Assembly: GCF_009914755.1 (NCBI RefSeq)
Contig: NC_060937.1
Length of the DNA stretch: 64,000 bases
From: the human T2T-CHM13v2.0 reference genome, Homo sapiens
Direction: 5' to 3' (one strand)
This document shows, piece after piece, positions 1-13,285 of this stretch. The notes under the pieces were generated by a model, which worked only from the letters and a program-made list of their open reading frames with translations, did no database searches and was not told where the DNA came from. Both the position numbers and the translations under genes were made by a program. Every line of letters starts with the position of its first letter. The stretch's first letter is position 1.

Positions 1-1150
1 CTCATCACAGTCAAACTTCTGAAAACCAAATGTTTTATATATATGTATATTAATAATATATAACATATAATAATATATTATATGTTATATATATGCTAGA
101 AAATAATAGACTGTAAATACGGGAATAATAATTTGTTAACTGTGGATTTCTCATCAGAAATCAAAGACCAGGAGACAGGTGAATGATGATTTCACCTGCT
201 GAAAAGAAAACACCTCCTAAGCTAGAATTTGATATTATCTATACCTATATCATATATATCTATATCATCATATATATATCATTCATTCAAAATGAAGTAA
301 AATAAATTCATTGCTAAATAAGACAAAATAAAATAATTTGTTGTTAAAGCCCTGCTCTAAAAGAAATACTGAAGAAAGTTCTTAAAATTAGAGAAAAATA
401 ACAGAGAGAACCTTGGTACAGGAAGAACAACAGAACTGGTAAATCATTACGCATAAAAGAGTAGTTTTTATCTTACATTATTTAAAATAAATAAAACTTT
501 ATTCACAGGAGGACATGACTGTTCACCTAGAAAATCCCAATAAATTTTCAAAATATCTACTAAAATTATTAAGTTTAGCAAGAATGGAGAACACAAGGTC
601 AAAGTAAAGTAATAAGTTGTATTTTTAGTTATTTTATTTGGATATTGTGTATTTGGATTTTTCCATGTACTATTTATAATAACAATAAAATACATGAAAT
701 ATTTAAGTACCAATTTAAAAAATGCATGTAGGAACTACATACTATAAAGTATAAATCACTAATGAAAACAAGTAACTAAGATCTGAGTAACTGGAAATAT
801 ACACCATGCTTGTCCATTGAAAAATTACATATTGTTAGGATATCAATTTTGCCACATAGATCTTTAGATTTAATGTAATCCCAATCAAAATTCTATTAGG
901 ACTTTATATCAAAATTAACAAACTATTCTAAAATTCATATGGAGGTTCATTGGAACCAGACTAGGCAAAATAAACCAAAAAATAAAATTGTGGAAAACAT
1001 AATACCTAATTTCAAGACTTATGATAAAGTTACAGTAATGAAGACAGCACATATTGATGAAAAACTGCTAAATCCAAGGTATGTAAGAAAGAGTCCAGAA
1101 ACAGAACTGCAGATATATGGGTAATTGATTCTCAAGAAAGGTGCAAATGC
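1..1150 (+). mobile_element. Old L1 (L1M-type) fragments: ORF1 C-terminal region joined to ORF2 RT/downstream region
   Basis: L1 ORF1-like 'atttctcatcagaaatc...gccctgctctaaaagaaatactgaagaaagttctt', then ORF2-like 'ttattcacagga..gacatgactgttcacctagaaaatccc' and 'atacctaatttcaagacttatgataaagttacagtaatgaagacag'; many stops. Confidence 0.8.
56..92. repeat. AT-rich perfect inverted repeat (17 bp arms, 3 nt loop)
   Basis: atatataacatataata (56-72) is the reverse complement of tattatatgttatatat (76-92). Confidence 0.9.
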
Positions 1151-1179
1151 AAATCGAATTATCTTCAATTCAATGAAGT

Positions 1180-2470
1180 TGGGACTGTCTCATCTTTCAT
1201 GGTAGAAACAAAGATTTCTCTTTTCTGAAAAAGACATTTAGTCTGGACATGAATTCCTTTTTGCAATCTGCAATACTTTTTTTCAGTACACCATCAGTGG
1301 ATTCATGGGGTGACATCTTTAATATCACAGAACACATACAAAATATCTTCTGACCAGGAAATTCACTTAAAGTGATTGAAGTGTGGCAATAGGCTTAATT
1401 CCACCAAATATATTCATGGTGTTATAATATTCATTATCCTACAGCTTACCTAAACAAAATGGAACAACGGAATGGCTACTAGAAACTCAGTTACCCTTGA
1501 GCCCAAGAGTTTGAGACAGCCTGGGCAACATGGTGAAACCCCCTGTCCACTAAAACAATACAAAAATTAGCTGGGCCTGGTGCTGCACCTCTGTAGTCCC
1601 AGCTGGAGGGAGAGGGCGCTGAGGTGGGAGGATCACCTAAGCCCGGGAGGTTGAGACTGCAGCTATGACTCCACTATCAGTTATGACACTAACTGGGTGA
1701 CAACATTTGTTAAGCTAGTGGTTTTCTTCAAATTGTAAGATGCTCCAAATTTGCGATCAGCATGTGGCATCATTTCTCCCATAACCAGAATTTATAAGCC
1801 AACGTGTGGAAATATTTGTTTCCCATCTCTGCATATTCAGGCTTTTCTGATTCTCAAAGAAACATGCTTTCACTAGGTGACCCAACACAAATTACATTGA
1901 ATCGGAAGGAGATTGCCCCTTGGCCATTTTAGAACAGACAGGCACATAAGGAATCTAATGTACTAGCTGGTATGACAGATCCTGATTATCCAGGTTATAG
2001 AATTACTAATATAAAATGAGGTTAATACTGAATATGTCTGGAATCAGTGTCATTTCCTAGTACTAAGTTTATTGATATATATAAATAAGAAACTATAACA
2101 ATTGCATACAGGCCAGACTGCTAATGACAACGACTCCTCTGAAACAACAATTTGGGTCACTTCCCTATTCCCCCAGATAAAAAAACCATGACTGGCTGTG
2201 GTGCTGACTCAGGGCAACAGAGTAAATGGAAAGATAAGGAGAAAGGAAGTTACAAATATTAACTTTGGCCACACAACAAGCTGAAGAAATGAGGACTGTA
2301 GTAGTTACATACTTTTCCTTCTTTGCTTTGATATGTATATATTTTTATATATCAAACAATTATTTTTTTCTTTTTTCCATTCCCCTCTAATTTCACATAA
2401 GGTGTGTTAATAATGGGTAACCCTGTATTTCAGTATTTAAGTTAGAGGACATGAAAAGGAGATTGTGACA
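1180..2470 (+). mobile_element. ERV-L (HERV-L/ERVL-type) internal relic: degenerate integrase followed by dUTPase
   Basis: Degenerate motifs S-D-Q-E-I-H-L (1349; cf. SDQGTHF), E-Q-R-N-G (1462; cf. ERWNG) and A-G-M-T-D-P-D-Y-P-G (1966-1995; dUTPase motif 3). IN-then-dUTPase order is characteristic of ERV-L. No open frame. Confidence 0.8.
1494..1676 (+). mobile_element. AluJ-type internal fragment, truncated at both ends, no poly(A)
   Basis: cttgagcccaagagtttgagacagcctgggcaac...gaggatcacctaagcccgggaggttgagactgcag; flanked by tcagtta at 1487-1493 and 1677-1683. Confidence 0.9.
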
Positions 2471-3752
2471 GTTATGACATTTGAAAATCATAAGGAGACA
2501 GATACAATGACCTAACTTCTATATGAAACTATTCATTCCCATTTTATACAAACTGGCTTATGTTTTTTGTTATTGCTGATATTGTTTTGTTTGTTTGCTT
2601 TTTTTTCCCTGACCAAAATTCTGTGTCCGACAATGCCAGAGCATGCCGATTAGTACGAAGCCAGTTATTTCCAAGGTGCTGAGCATGTACAGATCTCTAC
2701 CACTTCTATCAGTAAATTTTAAAGTATTTCAGGTGACCACTGACAATAACTTAAAAAAAAAAAAAGTGAACTTTCTGATTCCTGTTGTTACAGCATCTGT
2801 ATATTTTTGGAGACATTGCCTCCAAAAATGCTATTTGGAAATATTTGAACACTGGTGGTTGGGTCAAAGCAAGTGATCTGTTTAGATAAGATGGAATGTG
2901 ATATGTGTTTATGCAAGTGCTTCACTTGAATGAGGAATATCTGGCTGATTTTGTTAAATTATGGGGCCTTGTAACTAAAAACATTTTCTCATACCTTGTT
3001 AAGAAACAATCATTTTGAAGATAAAAATAAATAAATGAGTGAACAGGACAAACCCTAAATCTCTTTGCCTCTCCTTTTATATATTTGTAGCATTATCATA
3101 AAAATAGCACTTGTGAGAGTCGAATGGCGAAATATTTGTAAATGTATGACACAATGCTTGTAAATATGCAATGCATAGTTTTCTAGGAGCATCAGGATTA
3201 TAGGACTGAGTTCACACTTTCTAATATTTTGTAGGAAATTTAATATTCAGATCTTTTCTTAAAGGTGTTAAAGTATTCACAAGCTAATACAAGTTTTATA
3301 TTGTATTGACTTCACTTATTCCAGAGAGATGAGATGCTTTCAAAATCAGATCTTCTGAATTATTGAAATACTTATTGAAATAAAGACTCTGGTTCTCCTA
3401 ATGCTGTGCTTTGCCTCACTGCTGTCCCCTGCTCCCTGCCCCAAACAAGGGCCAAAGTTCCTGGAATACTACAATTGTGGATGATCCTCTGCTAACACAA
3501 TTGATTTCTATCTCCACTTGAATTAATTGTTTGCATCGACTGGCAGAAATTCAAAGAACCAAATGATTTGTTCCCTGGGAAATGGCAGAAGATTTGAAGT
3601 GATACTCAAAATGAACAACATGATACCTTTGTGTTAATATACAGCTACTTTCCTGTGGTATAAAAATAATTAAAATATTTTTAAAGATCTATTTATTTCT
3701 TGAACTCTTATAAGAAGAAATTACATCTACAGTTTTTAGAAATAAAAATGCT

Positions 3753-4112
<360 letters not shown>

Positions 4113-4479
4113 TTACTGAATTAAAATTACATTTCAGCATATGCTAATACTAGTGCTACTGCCATATAAATATAGGAAACTCAAACATTAATTTTGATGA
4201 CCATATTGCAGACAACACTTAGAATTCGTTGACTGCTGAGCTCTATCTTATATGTGGTTTGCTTATTTCAAAAGCCCTCCCAACCTTGATCAGTATTTAA
4301 ATACGGTATGTGGCAAGTATTTTTTTTCTACTAACTTCTTACAACTACAGTGAAGTCAAATAAGACCATACATTCAAAAATTAAGAAATACAAGAGAACA
4401 CAGACAATATTGAGAATAAAGATAGATCAAACACTATTTCCGACCTTGAAAATGTATTAGACATGCCAAAATAGTACTT

Positions 4480-4760
4480 TTCAAATATCCATCACTATTA
4501 CTTTTTCTTATATTTTGTTCCTCACATCCAATCAGCTACTTATTCTATTAATTATTTTGTTAATTCTGTCATAAATTTATTCCCTGTCATTCCTACTTTC
4601 ATTTGCATTTTCATCTGTCACATCTGAAATTCTGTAGTCATTTTCTAGTAGGTGTTTCCCCCTCTAATCTATCACGCTCTTTTAATCTTTTTGCCTATCC
4701 GATTAATTTTCCTAAAACATTAATGTCATTTATAATTCTCTGCTGAAGGCCTTTAAATAG
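4480..4760 (+). mobile_element. L2 3' region fragment
   Basis: 'cctcacatccaatcagc', 'ttttcctaaaacattaatgtc...ctctgctgaaggcctttaaatag' resemble the L2 3' region. Confidence 0.5.
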
Positions 4761-4844
4761 TTTCATTTTGTTCTTCTTTATTTTTCTTCACTCAAATTTA
4801 CTTGTTTTATATTTTCCTTTATGGATCAAGCTGCTTGCCTTTGG

Positions 4845-5060
4845 CAAACTTTGGGATCAATCAGACCTAAATTAATAGCTTAATTTTTTCCCTTCTAACT
4901 GTGAGATTTGTTCTGGTTCTTCAGACTCTCAAACCATTACATTCCTTATCTGTTAAATGGAGAGAAAACTAATATGGCTGCCTCATAGGATCACTGTGAG
5001 AATTAAAGTGAAATAATGCATATGCTGGGTTCAGTATTTAGCAAATAAGTATTAACTATT
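4845..5060 (+). mobile_element. MIR
   Basis: MIR core 'ttccttatctgttaaatggag...cctcataggatcactgtgagaattaaagtgaaataatgcatatg'. Confidence 0.75.
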
Positions 5061-5752
5061 CAATGTGTCATTTAACCTAGAATAGAAAGAAGACGATTAA
5101 TGTAATTAATGTTTAAATGTTGGCCTACTCTCAGTGACCCTTCACATAAAACCTGAGAAGCTCTCCCCCATTCTTTGCCTCTGGCTTTTTTAGCTAAATT
5201 ATTTGGCTCCATCCTCTCCTTCCCCAAAACCACCACTGATCCTGTTAGAAAAATCCAAAGCTTAGTATTCTCCCAAATAAATGGTAGCCAGCAGAGAGCT
5301 TGAGAATAAAATGGGTGTTTCATTCTTTTTTTCTCCCTCTGGGTAGAGTTTTGTGTAACTGAGATCATATGGTATATACCATTCCACATAATACTTTAGC
5401 ACTTAGATGGTATAAAACCTTTCTCACACAATTACAATAACTTGGCAGATATACTTTAAATGGATGTTGAAATACTTTTGGACATGCCACACTTTACTTA
5501 GACATTCTTTTAAAGCCGAAAATTAAAGTTGTTTCTAATTTTTTATTTTATATAATGCAGGTAATAAGGTACATTTCTGTGAAGAAAACTTTGTTAAAAT
5601 TGATTATTTTCCTTGGTTTTCATCTTAAAAAAAGAATTCTTATATTTTGGGTATGAAATTTTATATATATTACTGAAGTTGTATTTATAATTTCTTTGTT
5701 TTACCAAATTGCACTCTAATATTGAGATTGCCATTTTAAAAATCACGGTTAG

Positions 5753-6365
<613 letters not shown>

Positions 6366-6864
6366 TTTTAGTTGTTATTTGAAACAATTAGTTCACTATT
6401 TTTCATTTTAATTTTCTGTAATTACAAATGAGAAATTGTAATGCATATTTATTTTTGTATTTATTGTCTAGATAAACTTTGGTCTTTGTAAGTCTTCTCA
6501 CAAAACTCTCATTAAAATTTTCATTGTAATTACATTAAACTTAAGACTAGGTTTATAAATAATTGACCTATTTATTCATTTTTTATCCGTTTATTTAAGT
6601 TCTTATGTAGCAAGATTTATATGTCTAGAAGAGTCTGCATATTTATTTCTGTTTGCACATAGTGTGTGCATTACATATTTTTTATTCATGCATACCATCT
6701 CATAGTCATGCTACAAATCCTTTAAGATATTTTGCATAAATACTTTCAATAAAGATGAAATAAGAATTTTTGATATTAGAAATTATAGAAGTTATAAGTT
6801 TCAGCCTAAAGAACCACATGCACAATGCATTATATGTCTTTAGGATAGTTTGCGTTTCTTAATA

Positions 6865-7060
6865 TGAAACAGTGTAGTAGAGTTATTAAAGATACAGACC
6901 TTGGCTTATTCCAATGGATTTTAAACCCAGCTCTACTACTCACTGCTTTGTAATGTTTTGCAAAATAATTGAATTCTCTAAGACTTTCCTGACTTGCAGT
7001 ATGGAAATAATAAAAGCTGTAAGACTACTATTGGGATGTCTTAAGTCTGAAATGAAGATG
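6865..7060 (+). mobile_element. MIR
   Basis: 'agtgtagtagagttattaaagatacagac...aaacccagctctactactcactg...agtatggaaataataaaag'. Confidence 0.65.
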
Positions 7061-7879
7061 AAATGAAATCAGTAGAGTATAATGTTAGAGAAGAAACAAC
7101 CAGTAGAGTTTAGATATTTATATTATTAGTAGTATATTTCTCTAAATATTTCTCTTTGTCTCTGCATTTTCTACTGGAACATAAGCCTCCATTTCTTTCC
7201 TTTTAAATACTACCATTTCATCATACTGGATGATTATAAAGCTTTTTACCCTTGGGGTGAAGTGAAGATAAATCACAAATGAGCTTTTATTTCCTGACTC
7301 AGTCAAGGGGCTGTCCTTTCAAAAAAACATAGGCAGTAAGGCCTTGAACATTCGCTGGAGAGAGATTACAGTTTGGACCTTTTTTTAAAAAAAAAAACCT
7401 AAGAATGCCTAGCGGAAGCTATATTATAAATAACAGAATTTTAATAGTGAGAATATTAAAATACGTTCATTTTCAGGGAAAGGCTAAGTATTGCAGCTGC
7501 TGAGGACTGAGATTTTTGTGTTTTTTTTTTTTTTTTTTTTTTTTTGGTGTGTGTGAGTAGTCACAATGTAGAAGACAACATATAATTTGATGAACAATAT
7601 CCTCAACAACATTTCTTCTGCACCACAGCCACAGGTTTTTTAACGCTGCTTCCTAGAAATTTCACCTCTGTCGATAGATGATAGGATGACAATGGGCAAA
7701 TCAATAAAAGTAATTCTAAAGGAATCACAGAAAATGTAGTTCAAGTATTTAGTTCCTTGAGGATATGACTTAATTCGGGGCAGTTTTGTCATCTTTTTCA
7801 TGTAGTTTCCAACATTTTTGTTAAAGTTATTTCTAGAGATTGTATGTGTACTTTTTAAGTGTCAGTGAAACTAGAATGT

Positions 7880-8135
7880 AGAAGAATGTCCTTGACCATG
7901 AGAACCTCACAATATAGTATGGAAGTCAGATCAGTAAAGAGGTCATCCAAACATATGCCTTAAGAGATATCCTAGAGTTACTAACACAATACATGGTTCA
8001 CAAAGGAGGGGGCAGCTTGTGCTCTGTGTTGGAAGTAGGTAACCTTTGCACAGAAGATGAAAAAATTGGGCTAAGTCTTCAAAGACGAGTAAGCCTTGCA
8101 TAGGCAGAGAAAACAGGTAAAGCTCTTGTCAGGTA
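7880..8135 (-). mobile_element. L2 fragment
   Basis: 'gtccttgaccatgagaacctcacaatatagtatgg', 'gggctaagtcttcaaagacgagtaag' resemble the antisense L2 3' region. Confidence 0.5.
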
Positions 8136-8342
8136 ATGTTTTGTCTGAAAAAAAAATATTTTTTTTGTGACATATAAGAACCATATGAAGTATATGATAT
8201 AACATGCATAGGAGTTGTGAAATTTCACATAAACCTTGACAATAGTGAAATAAAATTACGATGTTGTATAGTTTTTGTATATGCGGTCAAAACAAACCTA
8301 CGATGAGGTTTCATTGGAATTTAATCTGTAGATGCTGAATAT

Positions 8343-9461
8343 CGGCATGCATTGGTTTATTGCACTTTGTTTTCATTGTACTTTGCAGTTATTGTCTTTT
8401 TTACAAATTGAAGATTTGTGGCAACTTTGTGTCCAGCATGCCTATCAGTGGCATTTTTTCAACAGCATGTGTTTATTTTGAATTTGTGTGTCGCATTTTG
8501 GCAATTCCCACAGTACTTTAGATTTTTAAATTATTATGATGTATGTAATGGTTGTCTGTGATCAGTGATGTTTGATGTTACTATTGCAATTGTTTTGTGG
8601 TGCCACCAACTGAACCCATACAAGACAACAAACTTAACCAATAAATGTTGTGTGTGCTCTGATTGCTCCACCAACAAGCTCTTCTTTCATCTCTCTCCCT
8701 CTCCTTGGGCCTCCTTGTTCTCTAAGATGGAACAATATTGAAATTAAGCTAATTAATTACCTTATACTAGCTTTTAAATGTTCAAGTAAAGATCTGCACA
8801 TTTCCCGATTTAAGACAAAATGTAGACATGATTAAGCTCTAATTTTGAAAACAGTTCCACTGTGATAAAATGCCTTCAAACAGCATTGCATGCTACAGAG
8901 AAATCTTTTGTGAAAAGAAGTATACATCAATGCAGCAAACTTCGTTGTTGTCTTATTTTAAGAAATTCTCCAATGGTGACTTTATACATCCTGAACCCTT
9001 TATCCTGTTTTAATCAGGGTCCTTTAATCGCAACAATTTTTCATATTGCATTAATTTTCCCGATTAGTTGTACTTGTAGCCATGCTCACACATTCAAAAA
9101 ATATTTCTGAAGCTCATTTTTCTGTGACTCCCTCAACGGCCTGTGTAATGTCATTTCAACGTTGCTCATTATTAAGTTGAAATAATTAACTCGGTACCCT
9201 GATAGAAAAGTCAATGCCTTTTGTTAAAATTGGACTTTTCTTTTATAGTGTAAGGAGGTTTGTAAATAATTACTAACAAAAGCATTAAATGTATAAATGT
9301 GTCTATCACACGCGCAAAAAAAAGAAACTGCCACAGCCAGTCCAGTCTTCATCAACTACCACCCTGATCTGTCAGTCAGCAGCCATCAAGACAAGACTCT
9401 CCACCAGCAAAAAGCTGACAACTTCCTGAAGGCTCAGACTATCATTAGCATTTTTAGCAAT
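8343..9461 (+). mobile_element. Tigger1 DNA transposon, internally deleted (junction ~8839), 3' end missing, interrupted by an insert at 8968-9321
   Basis: Tigger1 5' 'ttttttacaaattgaagatttgtggcaac...gatcagtgatgtttgatgttactattg'; 3' 'gcatgctacagagaaatcttttgtgaaa...tcttattttaagaaatt' resumes as 'aagaaactgccacagcc...ccaccagcaaaaag...gaaggctcaga'. Confidence 0.92.
8968..9321 (+). pseudogene. Orphan retrotransposed non-repeat fragment (5'-truncated processed mRNA 3' end or orphan L1 3' transduction); source unidentified
   Basis: ATTAAA at 9284-9289, A-tract from 9316, TSD aagaaatt (8960-8967) / aagaaact (9322-9329), TTTT/AA target; flanks are contiguous in Tigger1. Confidence 0.72.
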
Positions 9462-9469
9462 ATGCATAT

Positions 9470-9960
9470 ATGTCATCATTGTGCAACTTGACAATTTTTC
9501 ATTGGACATGGTCATTTAAGCCACACTTACGTCAAGGAAGAGAACGTTATCAGCATTTCTGAAACACAGATGGAGCCCTACTCATTATACCTTAATGTCT
9601 CTATTTAATTTTCCAGTGGTACCCTAATCTAGCCGTCTAACATAGATTGACTTATTTCTTGTTTTAGTTCGTATGAAAGTAATCAATCAAGATACACATA
9701 TTGTTATGTGTGGCTTCTGTCACTCAAAACTAGGCTCTTGAAATTCATTCCTATTTGAGTGCAGTAGTAGGTTGTTTGTTATTGCTGTATAGTATTTCAT
9801 TTTACAATATATTCATCACCTTAAGTTTGGAACTATTCTCAATATTGTTGCTATGAACATTTAGTACTCTTTTTTTGGTTAACATATGTTTGTGTTTCTC
9901 TTGAAAATATATTTGGATTAGAATTGCTACATCACAGAGTGTGCATATATTCCCAACAAT
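9470..9960 (-). mobile_element. Old L1 (L1ME/L1MC-type) 3' fragment
   Basis: 'tggcttctgtcactcaaaac..ttgaaattcattc', 'attgctgtatagtatttcatt', 'ttgctatgaacatt', 'agaattgctacatcacagagtgtgcatat'. Confidence 0.8.
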
Positions 9961-10679
9961 TTCACTTTTGCTTTATTTTCAAGATAGACATATGGAAATG
10001 CAGGTAGTGTGATTTTGGATGGAAGTTTGCCAGGAGATCAACAGCGACTAATACTTCCTTTTCTACCTCTAATTGTAGTTACTAACTGAAGTCTGATAAT
10101 ACTCTAATAGTTACTCAGCCAAGTAATTATTTCTTTTTATTAAGTTAGCTCCCAGGAGACTTAGTCTTCTGGCTGGTCCACCCAACAAGTACAACATATA
10201 ATATCAGATGGACACCAAATGGTATAAACTCAGTCTCTCCCTGCCAAGTCTACCACTACACCGATACTGTTTATACAGATATCATAAATGTGAATCCAGA
10301 TATTGAATTATATTCTAGTGATGTTAGGAAATAAAGTGTGAAGGAAAACAAAATTCACATGAACCTATAGCTGAACTTAAACTAAGAAAAGGAAGCATTA
10401 TATTTGTTTCTTGTATTGTACGATGAGGTATTCTCTTTAAAAATGGCATAATTCATTTGTACACAGGACAAAGAGTTTTCTGTAACTGCATCCCAGAAAA
10501 CGTTTACTTTGTGCTCGTTTAAAAAAGGGGAAATAAATGTTTAGAATAAAGTTTATAGCTGTATATTGTTTTATGCAGACACATTGGTAAATAACTGGCA
10601 ATAGGGTATAAGAAACAAATGAGAGATAAGGAAAGGTGAAGTCCAGAAAAAGCAGAAGTTGGGAAGATGAAGTAAACTG

Positions 10680-10890
10680 GAAAACTGCAGCAGAGTCTTA
10701 GAAAAATAATGTGCTGTTAGAATAATATTGTTCACCCACTATATTCAAGATCATGCATTGGTATATTTTATTAATAAATAAAAGCAACATCTGTTCACAA
10801 ATATAGTTAATCAGTTGGGGAAAGACATTGCAAGACAAGATGACTTGGACGTAAACCAGCATGTGATGTGCTTTCTGAAAGAGGAATAAA
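10680..10890 (+). mobile_element. Possible L3/CR1 RT-region fragment
   Basis: 'aagatcatgcattgg...aacatctgttcacaaatatag' and 'gtaaaccagcatgtgatgtgct' resemble the CR1 CKVMH..HKY / SQQC region. Confidence 0.4.
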
Positions 10891-12049
10891 GGGCAATGGG
10901 TACACAAGGATAGGAAGTAATCACGAAAAGTCTAGAGGTGAGGGCATTACAATCACGTCTATAAACACATTTACAGCCACTTTGTGGAAAAAGATCTAAT
11001 ATCATGATGTGAACCATGTCATGGACAGCTGAGACTGATAATCTAAAGGAAGAGGATTTTTATCATTAGTCCACAGGAGAAGAAATCATACATTTAAAAT
11101 AAGAATGTTGCGGGATTTAAAAATATTTGTAAGAGTAAATCTGGAATTCACTCTCAAAGGTTAAGGCTCCTTGGAGGGTAGAGCACATTGAAAATCTGAA
11201 GCAAGAGGAGCAGAAACAGAAAAGAGAGTCATGTTGATCATAAAACAATCATATAAAATGGTACAGATTGATAAATACATGTCTGGCTTTTAAAGAAATA
11301 TATGAAATCAATATTTCTAGGACATTTTATTTTCAAGGTAAGTTGATTAGACGATGAATAGGAAGATGATGATAAGGAAGCAGCAGGAATTATATGTCAC
11401 AGTAATGAGGTAAGAAAATGATTTTTTATGATCACCAATTATTATGTTAATGAGGAAATTAATCAAATAGGGTAACATAATTGGAAAACTGATGAGTGAA
11501 TAGGATTGACTATATTACATTAGGGAATAAGCTAAGGCACATAAGAGGAGCACTTTTTTTCTTTTTAAATGCATTTCATACTAGAATTTTCGCCTGAATG
11601 TCTGCCTTCAGGAAGGTAGGAGGGAGAAATGACAATCGCAAGTAATTGAAAATTGATTTTCTGGAATTTCAGGGTTTAATATTGGTGGCCTAAAATGTGC
11701 TGGTTAATGCCAATTTCTTTCTGTCATGTAAAATGTTCACTTGTAAAAATATGTCTTAATCAACCGCAATAGGACATAGGTTATTTGAAGGAAGGGATGG
11801 TGAATTATTACATCTAGGATCTGGTACAATATGTGATACAAATCTGATCACCTTGCAAGAAACACAAGCCCTTGAAGTTAACTCTAGTAAACATCTGTCA
11901 TAAGGTATCTCAAAGAGTCCAAGGAGAAGAGCACAATTAGTAACATTGTAGCATAGTTAGTACTGCACTGTGTTTTAGTATACTAGACCCCAAACCTGGC
12001 AAAATTTCAAAGTTCTGTCTGCATTCATCAAAATTATTTATCTACATTT

Positions 12050-12320
12050 ATACCGAATTCTTTCTCACTCTTTGCAGAACAGCCTTCTCTATTTCTCTGG
12101 ACCATGTGGTGAAACCACTAGGTGCCTCTGAGTATCCATAATACAGGAGCATTCAGCACTCAGCATTCCAGGAGAGATGAAGTACATCTTTTGTAACACC
12201 AATTTGAATTCCCAGGAAGGGGCAGCTGTATGAATAAATCTGATACAGGTACCCAAGTCTGGACCAATCAGCTGCATCCAGGGGTGCAACAACATATGGC
12301 TTCAGTGTGGTGCCTGCCCA
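12050..12320 (-). mobile_element. Ancient MaLR LTR fragment (MLT1J/K/L-like)
   Basis: 'caggtacccaagtctggaccaatcagctgcatccagggg' motif typical of old MLT1. Confidence 0.45.
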
Positions 12321-12589
12321 GAGGACAAACATTTATGAAAGAAGGGATGATTGCTCTGAGATACCCACACTGACCTACAGTTCTCACTGTGGATGTGTTA
12401 AATGAATAAAAAGGAAGTCATATTCAGTTCTCCTGTTGTGACTCATGTATTCCTCCTGGACAGAATATTTTTTTCTACCTGAATTATTTTAAGAAAAACA
12501 TGTAGAATTAATAGAACGGCCAAATGTATTTAGGAGTAGAGGAGATTATTAGAATTTTATCTTTCTTTCAACTTACACTATTTGTCATA

Positions 12590-12810
12590 AGAGTTAGATG
12601 TTTATGGGCACCAATCCCACCTCTTCCACTTAGTTTTGCATGCTTCACATATGCTATTTCCCTCAATAAAATATACCTTTCTCCTCTGTAAAATGGTGAG
12701 AATAATTAATAATGAGTCAGTATTATTGTATAGATGAAATGATATATTTAATGAACAGTGCTTAATGTATGCCTAACATATAGCAAGCATGGTATTAGTA
12801 ATCTATTATT
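12590..12810 (+). mobile_element. MIR
   Basis: 'ctttctcctctgtaaaatggtgagaataat...agatgaaatgatatattt...agtgcttaatgtatgcctaacatatagcaagc'. Confidence 0.7.
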
Positions 12811-12829
12811 ACTTTTATTTTTATCAGAA

Positions 12830-13285
12830 AATTATCTTACTTTTCTTTTGCCACTATAGGAAATTGTCACAAATTTTATGTCTTAAAAACGGCACAAATT
12901 CAATATCATCAGAAGGTCAGAAGTCTGAAACTGGTTTCACTGAATTGGAATCAAGCTGTCAGCAGGGCTGCACTGCTTCTGGAGGCTTTAAAGGAGAATC
13001 AATTTCCTTGCGTTTTACAGCTTCTAGAGGCTAGCCACCTGCGTTCCTTGGCTCATGGTTCTTTCTTTTACTGTCAAAGCCAGCAGTATAGCATCTTCAA
13101 ATTTCTATCTCTGACTCTGATATCACTGCCTTCCTCTTATAAGGATACTTGTGACTAAACTGAGCTCACCTGCGTTACCCAGGATGATCTCCCCATCAAA
13201 GATTCTTAATCATTTCTGCCCTGTAAGTTAATGTATTGATGGGTAATGTGGACATCTTTGAGGAGCTGTTATTCTGCCCACCACA
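12830..13285 (-). mobile_element. MLT1C/D-type MaLR solo LTR
   Basis: 'gaaggtcagaagtctgaaa..cagcagggctgc..ttctggaggcttt..ggagaatc..ttccttg..agcttctagaggc', ends 'ttattctgcccaccaca'. Confidence 0.88.
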
